Assembly: GCA_964524845.1 (NCBI GenBank)
Contig: CAZGFX010000002.1
Span: forward strand, 157,422-221,421
Source of the DNA: an uncultured Gammaproteobacteria bacterium
GTDB taxonomy: Bacteria; Patescibacteriota; Patescibacteriia; CAZGFX01
Reading direction: 5' to 3'
Length of the DNA stretch: 64,000 bases
Below, in pieces: positions 18,020 through 27,371 of the stretch. Positions within the stretch are counted from its first letter, which is position 1. Each line of letters opens with the position of its first letter. The position numbers and the translations under genes were made by a program. The notes beneath the pieces were generated by a model that was not told where the DNA came from, did not search any database, and saw only the letters and a list, made by a program, of their open reading frames with translations.

Positions 18020-20590
18020 CTATATCGAAAAACCTAATCTATCAGCCACCTCATGATCAACAATTTCTTTCGGCCTACCATATTTGAAACGAGAAAGTTC
18101 TCGGAGAGCTTTTACAAGTTCAGGATTACCACTTTGTGGAGGATAAATTATCATATTAAAAGGATTTGTTGGAACACTATTTATAAGTGTTTTTATATTA
18201 ATTGTATAAGCATCAGGATTCATCAGGTCATATGCAGTAAATATAGGATCGAATTCTTTTGCAATTTCTTCAGCATCCTCGACTCCAATACGATACACAC
18301 CCATCGTACCAACGTTTCCGAAAACAGCATCTTTTATCTTCGTGTCATTGCCTTTTATAAGCTGGGCTAAATATTGATGCGCAATAATTAATCCTAGCTT
18401 GTATTTTCTAGCTTCTGACAAAATAACACCTATACTATCTGTAACGAAATTTTGAAATTCATCCATATAAAGATAAAAATCTTTTCGCTCGCTTTCAGAC
18501 ATACTCGCACGAGATAGTGCAACCATTTGCAACTTACTTACCAATATCAAACCAAGAAGTGCCATATTAGCATCTCCTATCTTTCCTTTTGAAAGAGATA
18601 CGAGAAGAATTTTCTTTTCATTCATTATTTGTTCAAAATTAAAAGAACTTTTGCGCTGGCCAATTACATTGCGCATAATTTTGTTTGTAACGAAAGGCCC
18701 AAACTTCGAACTGAAGTATGGAATCATTTCTTGTTTTTCTCTATCTCCTGTCTGTGCATACTCGTTCTCCCAAAAATCCCTTACAGCAGGATTTTTAACA
18801 TTTTTTGTGTGTTCTTCCGTAAATTTTGGATCAGTGAAAAGACGCGGAATATCAATAAGCGTAGCTCCATATTCAGGATTTTCCATAAGAGTCAAGCATC
18901 CGTTTCGAAAATAATGTTGTAAACGAGGTGAGAATATTTCTTCTCCAAAAATTTTAATGAATATCTGTGTTGCTTCAAGCGCCGCCATATCAGCTTCGGC
19001 AGGAGAATTAATATCAAGCAAATTCAAAGACATCGGTCTATCTAGATCAGCTGGATCGAATACTATTACATCATCTGCTCTTTCTTTTGGAATATTTGCC
19101 AGAATACCATCAATAAGATCTCCGTGCGGGTCAACAACACAAACACCATTTCCGTTTCTTATATCTTGTATGACAAGGTTCTGCAAAAGAACAGACTTTC
19201 CTGTGCCTGATTTTCCTATAAAATACATGTGTCGCATTCTATCTTTATTATCTATGCGTATTGGAATGTCTTTACCCTGATATTCAACATGCCCCAACAA
19301 AATACCTTCGTTTGGAATATTTGAAGGTGGTGGTGGTTTTTTACCTTGCATCCACTCTATTGCAGGAACATCGTTGTTTGGAAGAGGAAAATGAAACAAT
19401 GTTGCCATCTCTTCAACATTTACAATTAATTTAAAATGTTCATCAAATCTGCGATGAATAAAATCAGACACGAACTGTCTTGACGACCCCATTGTAATCG
19501 CCTGAAACATATTTCCATACTGATAAATCGCATATTGGGAAAACGCATTAATAATATTCTGAAGATGAGCATCAACACTTCCCTCCGCAGTACCCGAAAC
19601 GACCACGCGAACATTGAGATCAAGTCCTGCTTTTGATGATTTTTCTTGTATATTTTTCGCCATCTCTTGTTCTTGTTGCGACAGGCTTATGGATTTCTGT
19701 CCTTCAAGTTGTGGAGAAAGAGACGAAGGAGTAAGAACATCCCCGAGTTTTCCGGTAATTTTTACGAACGAATCAACTCCCGTCTTACCGATTCCCGCAT
19801 CACGCATCGCCTGATCAATTCTTTTCCCCTGACTCATCTCACGTGCTACCTTATCACCTGAATTATGCCAAGATTTATGAGCAGAACGCATTATAAACTG
19901 AATTGCAGCTCCTTCGTTTTTTGGATTAAGTCTCGCAATTCCACTAACAATCGTCGTAAGAGGATCAGCCTCCATCTTCTTGTAAGACTTTATTGGAAAT
20001 ATATATGACTGTGAAAGTTTAAGATAAGCGCCTTTCACGATTGAGTCCGGACGAAATATATTATAATCAGTTACATCTTCAACGCGCGCATCAGGATATG
20101 TCGCATGAATATTTTCTTCTATATATGACTTCAAATTTGCCGGAACTACAAAATAAAAATTAATTCGCCCGTGATTCATAACAATTTCACACGCAACCGT
20201 ATCCTCACGACCAAAAAACCTTGATTTCCAACTGATCTTTGGTTTAAGTCCTCCTATACTTAAAAACAACATTTCTGCATAAGCGATGGAATCCTGCATA
20301 AATTGAGCACTATCCTGATTTTGCGCTTCAGAATATTTTTGCAGAGTTATTTTCATCACAATATTCGTCATGCCATATTTCTTTTTGTATTTACGACGAA
20401 CAATTATTTGAACAATGATTATCAAAATCATGATGACAATCAATAATCCAATTCCTATAAGTACCCACATAATCATTGGGTTATTTGCCCAATACCAAAA
20501 CAATCCTGACTCATCAGCATAAACACCGCTTGATAAAGATGGTGTCGTTGGTTTACCTAATGGAGTAATTGCAAAAATAGTCCAAAACAT
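18020..20590 (-). CDS. membrane-anchored VirD4/TraG/TraD-like (type IV coupling protein / HerA-FtsK-like) P-loop ATPase
   Basis: 856 aa; N-terminal TM (MIMWVLIGIGLLIVIMILIIIVQIIV), Walker A YFIGKSGTGKSVLLQNLVIQD, Walker B-like FYLYMDEFQNF, arginine-finger-like region toward the C-terminus. Confidence 0.55.
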   Translation of the reverse strand: MFWTIFAITPLGKPTTPSLSSGVYADESGLFWYWANNPMIMWVLIGIGLLIVIMILIIIVQIIVRRKYKKKYGMTNIVMKITLQKYSEAQNQDSAQFMQDSIAYAEMLFLSIGGLKPKISWKSRFFGREDTVACEIVMNHGRINFYFVVPANLKSYIEENIHATYPDARVEDVTDYNIFRPDSIVKGAYLKLSQSYIFPIKSYKKMEADPLTTIVSGIARLNPKNEGAAIQFIMRSAHKSWHNSGDKVAREMSQGKRIDQAMRDAGIGKTGVDSFVKITGKLGDVLTPSSLSPQLEGQKSISLSQQEQEMAKNIQEKSSKAGLDLNVRVVVSGTAEGSVDAHLQNIINAFSQYAIYQYGNMFQAITMGSSRQFVSDFIHRRFDEHFKLIVNVEEMATLFHFPLPNNDVPAIEWMQGKKPPPPSNIPNEGILLGHVEYQGKDIPIRIDNKDRMRHMYFIGKSGTGKSVLLQNLVIQDIRNGNGVCVVDPHGDLIDGILANIPKERADDVIVFDPADLDRPMSLNLLDINSPAEADMAALEATQIFIKIFGEEIFSPRLQHYFRNGCLTLMENPEYGATLIDIPRLFTDPKFTEEHTKNVKNPAVRDFWENEYAQTGDREKQEMIPYFSSKFGPFVTNKIMRNVIGQRKSSFNFEQIMNEKKILLVSLSKGKIGDANMALLGLILVSKLQMVALSRASMSESERKDFYLYMDEFQNFVTDSIGVILSEARKYKLGLIIAHQYLAQLIKGNDTKIKDAVFGNVGTMGVYRIGVEDAEEIAKEFDPIFTAYDLMNPDAYTINIKTLINSVPTNPFNMIIYPPQSGNPELVKALRELSRFKYGRPKEIVDHEVADRLGFSI

Positions 20591-20595
20591 AAATA

Positions 20596-20901
20596 TTACT
20601 TATTGTTTTTTAATCGCATAATTTTATCCGCTTTTATTTTTGCTTCTTGTTCCAAATAAAAAGGACTTGCATGAGGAATAATATCAAGCCATTCTTTAAT
20701 ATGTTGCGCAATCTGTATAATTTTGTTTTTCTTTGACAAAAAAAGCTTTTCAATAACTCGAGTTGTTTTTGTACCATACTCAACAAAACGTCTTTGGAGC
20801 TTCGGTGGCATGGTGGCATAATATTCGCCGATGCCATCTTCAAGAATTTTCTCTATAGAGAGAAATAATTCTGATTTTTCAATCTGTTTTTTTGATGACA
20901 T
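20596..20901 (-). CDS. small hypothetical protein (101 aa) immediately upstream of, and co-oriented with, the ATPase (5-nt gap)
   Basis: ORF; tight coupling to 18020-20590. Confidence 0.4.
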   Translation of the reverse strand: MSSKKQIEKSELFLSIEKILEDGIGEYYATMPPKLQRRFVEYGTKTTRVIEKLFLSKKNKIIQIAQHIKEWLDIIPHASPFYLEQEAKIKADKIMRLKNNK

Positions 20902-20996
20902 GGAAGTATTTTGACAGAGTTTTATAATTTCGGAGTAATTGTATCATATATTGGGTATAAGTGCCACATAATGCTACAATGCTTATATATTATAAT

Positions 20997-21344
20997 ATGA
21001 TAAAAGGATATAAGAAAAAACACTCCGTAATTGGAGAAGGGTCTCGAAAAAATAGTCTTGTATCTACGATTATTGAGATTCTGCTTAAACAATGTCCTAG
21101 TATAAACAAGGTTATATCTGGTCCGATTGACGCGACATTTGGAAATAATTTTCGTGGAATACGCATACGTCCTCATGTCCGCGAACAATTGCGTATGGTA
21201 TACTACAGCAACTCCGGAAAACAGACTTTTTTTATCTTTTTAAAAGGTGGTCATGATACCGCCATAAAAGAGATGGAAATTGCTAGGGTTTTAGTTGAAA
21301 AACATCTTGGTGAAAACGAGCATTTTATTATTGATACCAAATAA
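20997..21344 (+). CDS. RelE/ParE-fold toxin-like protein (orphan; start at MIKGYKK)
   Basis: FRGIRIRPHVREQLRMVYYSNSGKQTFFIFLKGGHD matches the RelE/ParE core pattern (R-I-R, R-[IV]-[IV]-Y, hydrophobic strand, GH). Stop at 21342-21344 sits 2 nt before the cysS ATG. Confidence 0.35.
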   Translation: MIKGYKKKHSVIGEGSRKNSLVSTIIEILLKQCPSINKVISGPIDATFGNNFRGIRIRPHVREQLRMVYYSNSGKQTFFIFLKGGHDTAIKEMEIARVLVEKHLGENEHFIIDTK

Positions 21345-21345
21345 T

Positions 21346-22776
21346 ATGAAATCTTTATATCTATTCAATACACTTTCTAGAACAAAAGAAGAATTTAAAT
21401 CGATAGAACCAGGAAAGATTAGAATGTATTCGTGCGGTCCTACGGTGTATAGTCGAGCACATATCGGAAATATGCGCGCGTATATTTTTGTCGATCTATT
21501 AAAGCGTATTCTTATGACACATGGATACGAGATATTTCATGTTATGAACATCACTGATGTTGGGCACCTTACAAGTGATTCTGACGAAGGAGCTGACAAG
21601 ATGGAGAAGGCGGCGCGCGAAACGAAAGAAACTGTTTGGGATATCGCTAAAAAATATACTGATCTATTCATTGCTGATACGAACAAGCTTCATATTCTTC
21701 CACCAACAAAAACAACAAAGGCAACTGAGTATATTCAAGAACAAATCGAACTCGTACAAACACTTGAGAAAAAAGGATTTACTTATCGAACATCAGACGG
21801 TATTTATTTTGATACTAGCAAATTCCCTTCTTACCCTGATTTCGCGCGCCTCAATATAAAAGGACTCGAACAAGGAGCTCGTGTTGAAACAAATCCTGAG
21901 AAGAAAAACCCAACAGATTTCGCCTTGTGGAAATTTTCAAAAACAGAAGAAAAAAGACAAATGGAGTGGGAAAGTCCTTGGGGAGTTGGATTTCCTGGAT
22001 GGCACATAGAGTGTTCGGCCATGAGTATGAAACTACTTGGAGACCACTTCGATATTCACACAGGAGGAGTTGATCATATACCAGTACATCATACGAATGA
22101 AATTGCTCAATCAGAATGTGCGACTGGACACAAAACTGTAAATTACTGGCTTCATAATGAGTTTATTCTTTTCAATAATGAGAAGATAGCAAAATCGGTC
22201 GGAAACGTTTATACACTCGATGATCTTGAAAATATGGGAATTGAGCCAATTATATACAAGTTTTTTGTACTTCAAACTCATTATAGAAAAAAAGTTAATT
22301 TCATCACCGAAGCTGTATTAGCAAGCAAAGAAGGATATAATAAAATTATAGAATGTATTAATCGTGTTTATTCTTTACCTGAATTATCAAAAACACATTC
22401 TGATAACACAATAATAAATACTTATAAAGAAAATGCTCTGTCAGCAGCAGCAGATGATTTAAACAGTCCTGAAATTATCGCATCTCTGTTTGATCTTATA
22501 AAAGAAATAAACTCAAATATCGATAAGGATGTTTCTGTTGATAAAAAAGAGATTTTATCATTATTTGATTTCTATGATGCGCTTCTCGGACTTGATTTCA
22601 AAGGACATGCGACAATCGATATTCCAAACGATATACGTAAACTTATAGAAAATAGAAAAAAAGCAAAAGAAGATAAAAGATGGGAAGACGCTGATAAAAT
22701 ACGCTTGGAAATAGAATTAAAAGGTTTTTCCATAAAAGACGGAAGAGATGGAATACAAACAATTCAAAAGAAATAA
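21346..22776 (+). CDS. cysS: cysteinyl-tRNA synthetase (start MKSLYLFNTLSR)
   Basis: HIGN (AHIGNMRAY) and KMSKS-like KIAKSVGN class I motifs; Zn-binding CGPT...C; about 476 aa. Confidence 0.92.
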   Translation: MKSLYLFNTLSRTKEEFKSIEPGKIRMYSCGPTVYSRAHIGNMRAYIFVDLLKRILMTHGYEIFHVMNITDVGHLTSDSDEGADKMEKAARETKETVWDIAKKYTDLFIADTNKLHILPPTKTTKATEYIQEQIELVQTLEKKGFTYRTSDGIYFDTSKFPSYPDFARLNIKGLEQGARVETNPEKKNPTDFALWKFSKTEEKRQMEWESPWGVGFPGWHIECSAMSMKLLGDHFDIHTGGVDHIPVHHTNEIAQSECATGHKTVNYWLHNEFILFNNEKIAKSVGNVYTLDDLENMGIEPIIYKFFVLQTHYRKKVNFITEAVLASKEGYNKIIECINRVYSLPELSKTHSDNTIINTYKENALSAAADDLNSPEIIASLFDLIKEINSNIDKDVSVDKKEILSLFDFYDALLGLDFKGHATIDIPNDIRKLIENRKKAKEDKRWEDADKIRLEIELKGFSIKDGRDGIQTIQKK

Positions 22777-22836
22777 GAATAAATTATCATTTTTTTTAAA
22801 AAAGCCACTGGTTTTTAGCCAATGACTTTTTTGATT

Positions 22837-23283
22837 TTAGTTTTGTAATGCTTTTAATCTTTCGTGCTCATCATAAGAGTATTGCCGCAAAAAAGACGAA
22901 AGACGCTTACACACCGATTGGAACTGGTTGAGATCAAACTTATTTTGTTTCCATCCAAGCCCTGATACGAATATTGTTTTTTCAAATCCGTTGATTATGA
23001 CAGAAACAATAACATTCGATATTGAAATCGTTTTTGATTTCTTGTCACATAATCCAATTGCAATCCCATATTCACCGGAAACCAAAAATGGCTCTGCACA
23101 AAGAATTTTTGTTGGTTTGCTTTCTGTTCCGACACATTGTGTTTTTAAATACTTATTTGACCGTGTTGCTTTCTTTATTTTCCGGAGAATCTGTGGTCCA
23201 AGTCTTTTTTGTATTTCCACGCCTTCTTTTAAACGATTTTGTGTCGTATCATATGCATGCGAAGGAGATTGAGAACAATTCAT
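22837..23283 (-). CDS. hypothetical protein (148 aa)
   Basis: ORF convergent with cysS; no recognised motif. Confidence 0.35.
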   Translation of the reverse strand: MNCSQSPSHAYDTTQNRLKEGVEIQKRLGPQILRKIKKATRSNKYLKTQCVGTESKPTKILCAEPFLVSGEYGIAIGLCDKKSKTISISNVIVSVIINGFEKTIFVSGLGWKQNKFDLNQFQSVCKRLSSFLRQYSYDEHERLKALQN

Positions 23284-23425
23284 AAAACATCCTTTTTTAA
23301 ATAAATTTTATATATAATTTTATTATTACTATTATTATATTAATCATTTTAAAAGTCAATGACCAAAAACGGAGTAATTATTGAGGCGTTTTTTTATTTA
23401 TGATAGGATCTGTATCGCTATACAT

Positions 23426-24523
23426 ATGAGTAATTTTTGGAAAGATCTTAAAAAAGCCGGCAAACCAATAATGGCGCTCGCGCCAATGGCGGGCGTAACC
23501 GACATGTCATTTCGCGGTATATGCAAAGAATACGGTGCAGATGTTATATATACCGAGTTCGCATCAGTTAACGCGCTTTTTTATGATAGCAAAAAAACAC
23601 TCGCTACGCTTAAGTTTCAGGAGCGCGAGCGCCCCATTGTTGTACAAATATTCGGAAAAGATCCAACATTGTTTGCTGATGCCGCAAAAAAACTTGAGAA
23701 GATAGGTTTTGACGGAATTGATATAAATTTCGGATGTCCGGCAAAAAAAGTATTCTCATCAGGTGGCGGAGTATCACTTATGAGAAACCTACCTTTGTGC
23801 AGAGACATTGTAATGGCAACACTTGAAGCAACTCGCCTTCCTGTTTCCATAAAAATAAGGTCATCTATAAAAAGAATACCAACAAAAGAAGAGATAATAT
23901 TTGACCCATCGTGTGAAAAAAACTCCTGTAATAAAAATATTTCAAATAAAACAAATAAAGAAAAAATTACCGCCGAAGACCTTGTTGTCACTCTTATTGA
24001 TCTTCCTTTATCGGCTATTATGATTCATGCAAGAAGTTATGAAACTCCTTTCGATGGAGAACCAGATTTACCTATGGTCAAAACAATTCGTGGATTGTAC
24101 GAAGGAGTTCTTCTGGCAAACGGAGGAGTCCGAGCTCCGGAAGACGCTAAGAAAATGATTAGTGAGACAGGTGCCGATGGTATCGGTATCGCTCGTGGTG
24201 CTTATGGAAATCCATGGATATTCAAACAATGTGAAGAATATATTAATAATGGGACATATCATGAATATACTTTTGATGAAAAAATAAACATTATTATTCG
24301 ACATGCCACGCTCGCAGAAGAAGCAAAAGGCCCTCATGGCCTTATAGAAATGAGAAAACATCTCGCATGGTATGTAAAAGGACTCCCAGGAGCATCTGTT
24401 CTTCGATCAAAACTTGTAAGAACATCAACAATTCAAGAAATAAAAGATATTTTAACACAATATACATTTGAACGACAAAACCTTCCTGATATAAACGAAA
24501 AACAATTAAGCGATATCAATTGA
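23426..24523 (+). CDS. dus: tRNA-dihydrouridine synthase
   Basis: MALAPMAGVTDMSFRGICKEYGADVIYTEF...VQIFGKDP...IDINFGCPAKKV is the Dus TIM-barrel FMN signature; start chosen at the ATG at 23426 (MSNFWKD). Confidence 0.85.
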   Translation: MSNFWKDLKKAGKPIMALAPMAGVTDMSFRGICKEYGADVIYTEFASVNALFYDSKKTLATLKFQERERPIVVQIFGKDPTLFADAAKKLEKIGFDGIDINFGCPAKKVFSSGGGVSLMRNLPLCRDIVMATLEATRLPVSIKIRSSIKRIPTKEEIIFDPSCEKNSCNKNISNKTNKEKITAEDLVVTLIDLPLSAIMIHARSYETPFDGEPDLPMVKTIRGLYEGVLLANGGVRAPEDAKKMISETGADGIGIARGAYGNPWIFKQCEEYINNGTYHEYTFDEKINIIIRHATLAEEAKGPHGLIEMRKHLAWYVKGLPGASVLRSKLVRTSTIQEIKDILTQYTFERQNLPDINEKQLSDIN

Positions 24524-24618
24524 CAAACATATCTACTATGGTATTTTATAAATAAGAAAAATAAAATAAATAACATATTTTAAATTAAACCAAAAATATA
24601 TCATGCAAGGAGGTTTTC

Positions 24619-25167
24619 ATGGCTTTGAATACCGCTTGTCTATCACAAACAACTTCTGAAAGTCCTGTAAAAATCGAGATTACAGACAAATGGATATATC
24701 AATGGAGAGAGTTGTTTGGAACATTAACTCCAATAGAAGCTATTATTCTAACTTGGCACATAATGGTGCCTGACAAGGTGTGGACACATGATAAATTAAA
24801 AGAAATTGTGTTCAAAATTAAAATAAACAGAAGACTTCCGACAGGATTTTCAAATGATTTTCTACATCAAAAAGAACATTATAAAATAACGGAACATCAT
24901 ATTATTCCACGTTCACGCGGAGGAAGTAATTATCATAGTAATATAGTTGGCCTTGATAAGCTTTTTCATCATTTATGGCACATTGTATTTATTAATATGA
25001 CACCGGAAGAAGCAATGCGATATATTAGAGCAAACAGAACAATAATAGCTAATTACACTTTTAAAAAACATTGTGAAGAAACGACAGAGGAGTTTCCTGA
25101 AAAATATCTAAAAAAATCTCATTTACAAATCATTCATACTGGGAAACATGGTCATTCTGAAAAATAA
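24619..25167 (+). CDS. HNH endonuclease-domain protein
   Basis: AAGGAGG SD 6 nt upstream; HHIIPRSRGGSNYHSNIVGLDKLFHHLWH matches HNH (H-H...N...H...H). Confidence 0.55.
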   Translation: MALNTACLSQTTSESPVKIEITDKWIYQWRELFGTLTPIEAIILTWHIMVPDKVWTHDKLKEIVFKIKINRRLPTGFSNDFLHQKEHYKITEHHIIPRSRGGSNYHSNIVGLDKLFHHLWHIVFINMTPEEAMRYIRANRTIIANYTFKKHCEETTEEFPEKYLKKSHLQIIHTGKHGHSEK

Positions 25168-25180
25168 GCACATACAAAAA

Positions 25181-25216
25181 AGCCGTTGGCAAAAACCAAT
25201 GGCTTTTATTTTTATT
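25181..25216 (+). terminator. intrinsic terminator after the HNH gene
   Basis: AGCCGTTGG-caaaaa-CCAATGGCT hairpin (one G-U) followed by TTTATTTTTATT. Confidence 0.65.
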
Positions 25217-25227
25217 AAGTACAAATA

Positions 25228-25872
25228 TTATTGCTCTTCTCCACCAGACTTTTTCTTAGTAAAAACCATGGCCAATATAGGACCCATAATCCACCAAAAA
25301 AGCGCTGTATCACCTGTAAAAACTTGTTTTGTGAACGGAGCCAAAGAATTGATCGATTCTTTCGGTAAAAATGAAAGTACGATGGCGATAAGCAATCCGA
25401 CATGTAATATAGAAAATATCATCACCTGCCACCACGATCCTTTTTGTTCGTTGTTTCCAACAATCGTATTAAGCAATGCCGAACGAGAAATTATGAAAAA
25501 TAGAATAACAAATATCCCTATAAATGAAGATATTTTTATAACAAAAAGATTTTCTATTCCGAAGTTTGTCTCGATTGGATTTTTTATAAACGGCGCGTAA
25601 TTCATAACAGCCAAAGACATATAAATACTCACGAGAATTGTCACTATGCGATCACGCCCGAGCGACATACCATAAAGAAGTGCCGCGACCACGAAAAATA
25701 ATATAATAAACAAATCCCATGATGGATTAGACCAATCAATAGATGTCATTGCATTCTGTGTGTGCACAATCGCTTGATTTGCTGTATCAGTAACAACCGG
25801 CGGAACTTGTATTGTTTGAACGACTTCTTCTACTCCTTGTGCATATGCACTCTGAATCAGAGAAAAAAACAT
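25228..25872 (-). CDS. hypothetical polytopic membrane protein (214 aa)
   Basis: Five or six predicted TM helices; no named motif. Confidence 0.5.
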   Translation of the reverse strand: MFFSLIQSAYAQGVEEVVQTIQVPPVVTDTANQAIVHTQNAMTSIDWSNPSWDLFIILFFVVAALLYGMSLGRDRIVTILVSIYMSLAVMNYAPFIKNPIETNFGIENLFVIKISSFIGIFVILFFIISRSALLNTIVGNNEQKGSWWQVMIFSILHVGLLIAIVLSFLPKESINSLAPFTKQVFTGDTALFWWIMGPILAMVFTKKKSGGEEQ

Positions 25873-25953
25873 GTTTATAAAACTAAAAATAAGCGCTTAT
25901 ATTATACCATATACACCACACAATGTTAAAGAACGTATCAACAGATCAAAAAA

Positions 25954-26775
25954 CTACTCGTTCGATATTCCAAATAGTCTTAATGTGTTTTTGTATGTCA
26001 GCTCTGATATTTCGGACACTGATAATCCTTTTATTTCCGCTATTTTTTCTATGATGCTTGTTATATACAAAGGATTATTTCTGCTACCCCTATAAGGAAC
26101 GGGCGCCAAAAAAGGCGCGTCAGTTTCAACAAGAATATTATCTTTTGATATATTTTTTACAATCTCGGAAAGCATACCAGTTTTATCAAATGTTATAATT
26201 CCGGTAATACCAATACCGAAACCCAGATCTTCAAAAGCTTTGGCTTGCAGAGCAGTACCACCAAAACAATGCATTGACCCTCCGCACAGGTCTTTTTTAT
26301 ACTCTTTAAGAATTGTATAAACATCATCATAAGCATCCCGCAAACAATTTTCTTTTTTCCCTGATCTAGCGTGTATTACTAAGGCTTTTTTGTGTGAAAT
26401 TGCAAACTCAATATGCGAACGAAATAATTGTTTTTGTTTTCCAATCAAATTATCATCTTCTATACCCTCTCCTTCTTGTATCCAATAATAATCGAGTCCG
26501 GTTTCTCCTACTGCGACTACACGAGAAGATGATTTAATTAATTTTTCAAACATTGTTTGATCAAAAAATTTCTTTCCTGCAAATTCTGGATGAATACCAA
26601 TCGATGCGTAAGAATTATTGTATTTTTCAGCAAGTGATACGGCTAATTCACTATCAACAAAATCGGTTCCTATATTAATAACAAGAACCCCTTCTGTAAG
26701 AAGTTTCGAATATATTTCATCGCGATCAACATCAAATTGCGACGCATTAAGATGTGTATGAGAATCAAAAAGCAT
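25954..26775 (-). CDS. tatD: TatD-family metal-dependent hydrolase / DNase
   Basis: MLFDSHTHLN...GIHPE...GETGLDYY...HIEFA..HKKALVIHAR TatD signatures. Confidence 0.85.
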   Translation of the reverse strand: MLFDSHTHLNASQFDVDRDEIYSKLLTEGVLVINIGTDFVDSELAVSLAEKYNNSYASIGIHPEFAGKKFFDQTMFEKLIKSSSRVVAVGETGLDYYWIQEGEGIEDDNLIGKQKQLFRSHIEFAISHKKALVIHARSGKKENCLRDAYDDVYTILKEYKKDLCGGSMHCFGGTALQAKAFEDLGFGIGITGIITFDKTGMLSEIVKNISKDNILVETDAPFLAPVPYRGSRNNPLYITSIIEKIAEIKGLSVSEISELTYKNTLRLFGISNE

Positions 26776-26777
26776 GT

Positions 26778-27347
26778 TTACTCAATATAGCTCTGTAAAT
26801 CCGTAAAATTACTTGGGAGAAGAATGTGAAATATTCCAGAAAGTTCGTTTACAATACCAATAAGATACGAATTATTTAACATAGAAATGACACTTGGAGG
26901 AAGATTTAAGCGCGATATAAAAAAGAAAAATGCGGCAATAAAAAATATACTATATACAGCCCCTAGAAAAGCTCCTAAAATTTTATTTAAAAGCGAAATA
27001 CCTGGAATAACACTAATAATATTAAGTGCCTTAAGAACAATTGAAAAAAGAAAAGAAAATATTCCATTAACAATGGCAAAAATCACTATAAAGGCAACAA
27101 CATATCCTGTTACTCCACTAAGATATGGAATTGACGAAAAAAGTCCGGCAACACCCAAAAAGAAGTGTCCGGCTACAATAATACCGATAATGGCCCCGAT
27201 AATGTTTCCAATCATGGCTACCAAACCTGTTTTGAGCCCACGTATAGCTCCAATAAGCACCACAAAAACAATTACGAAATCAATAATGCTCGTCGTAAAG
27301 AAGCCCTGTATAACACCTGTTATTGCGTCTTGATTCATATGCATCAA
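26778..27347 (-). CDS. CvpA-family membrane protein
   Basis: 189 aa, four TM helices with the small-residue-rich pattern typical of CvpA; family assignment is tentative. Confidence 0.4.
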   Translation of the reverse strand: MMHMNQDAITGVIQGFFTTSIIDFVIVFVVLIGAIRGLKTGLVAMIGNIIGAIIGIIVAGHFFLGVAGLFSSIPYLSGVTGYVVAFIVIFAIVNGIFSFLFSIVLKALNIISVIPGISLLNKILGAFLGAVYSIFFIAAFFFFISRLNLPPSVISMLNNSYLIGIVNELSGIFHILLPSNFTDLQSYIE

Positions 27348-27371
27348 TTATAACATTTTATATAAAAAAAC

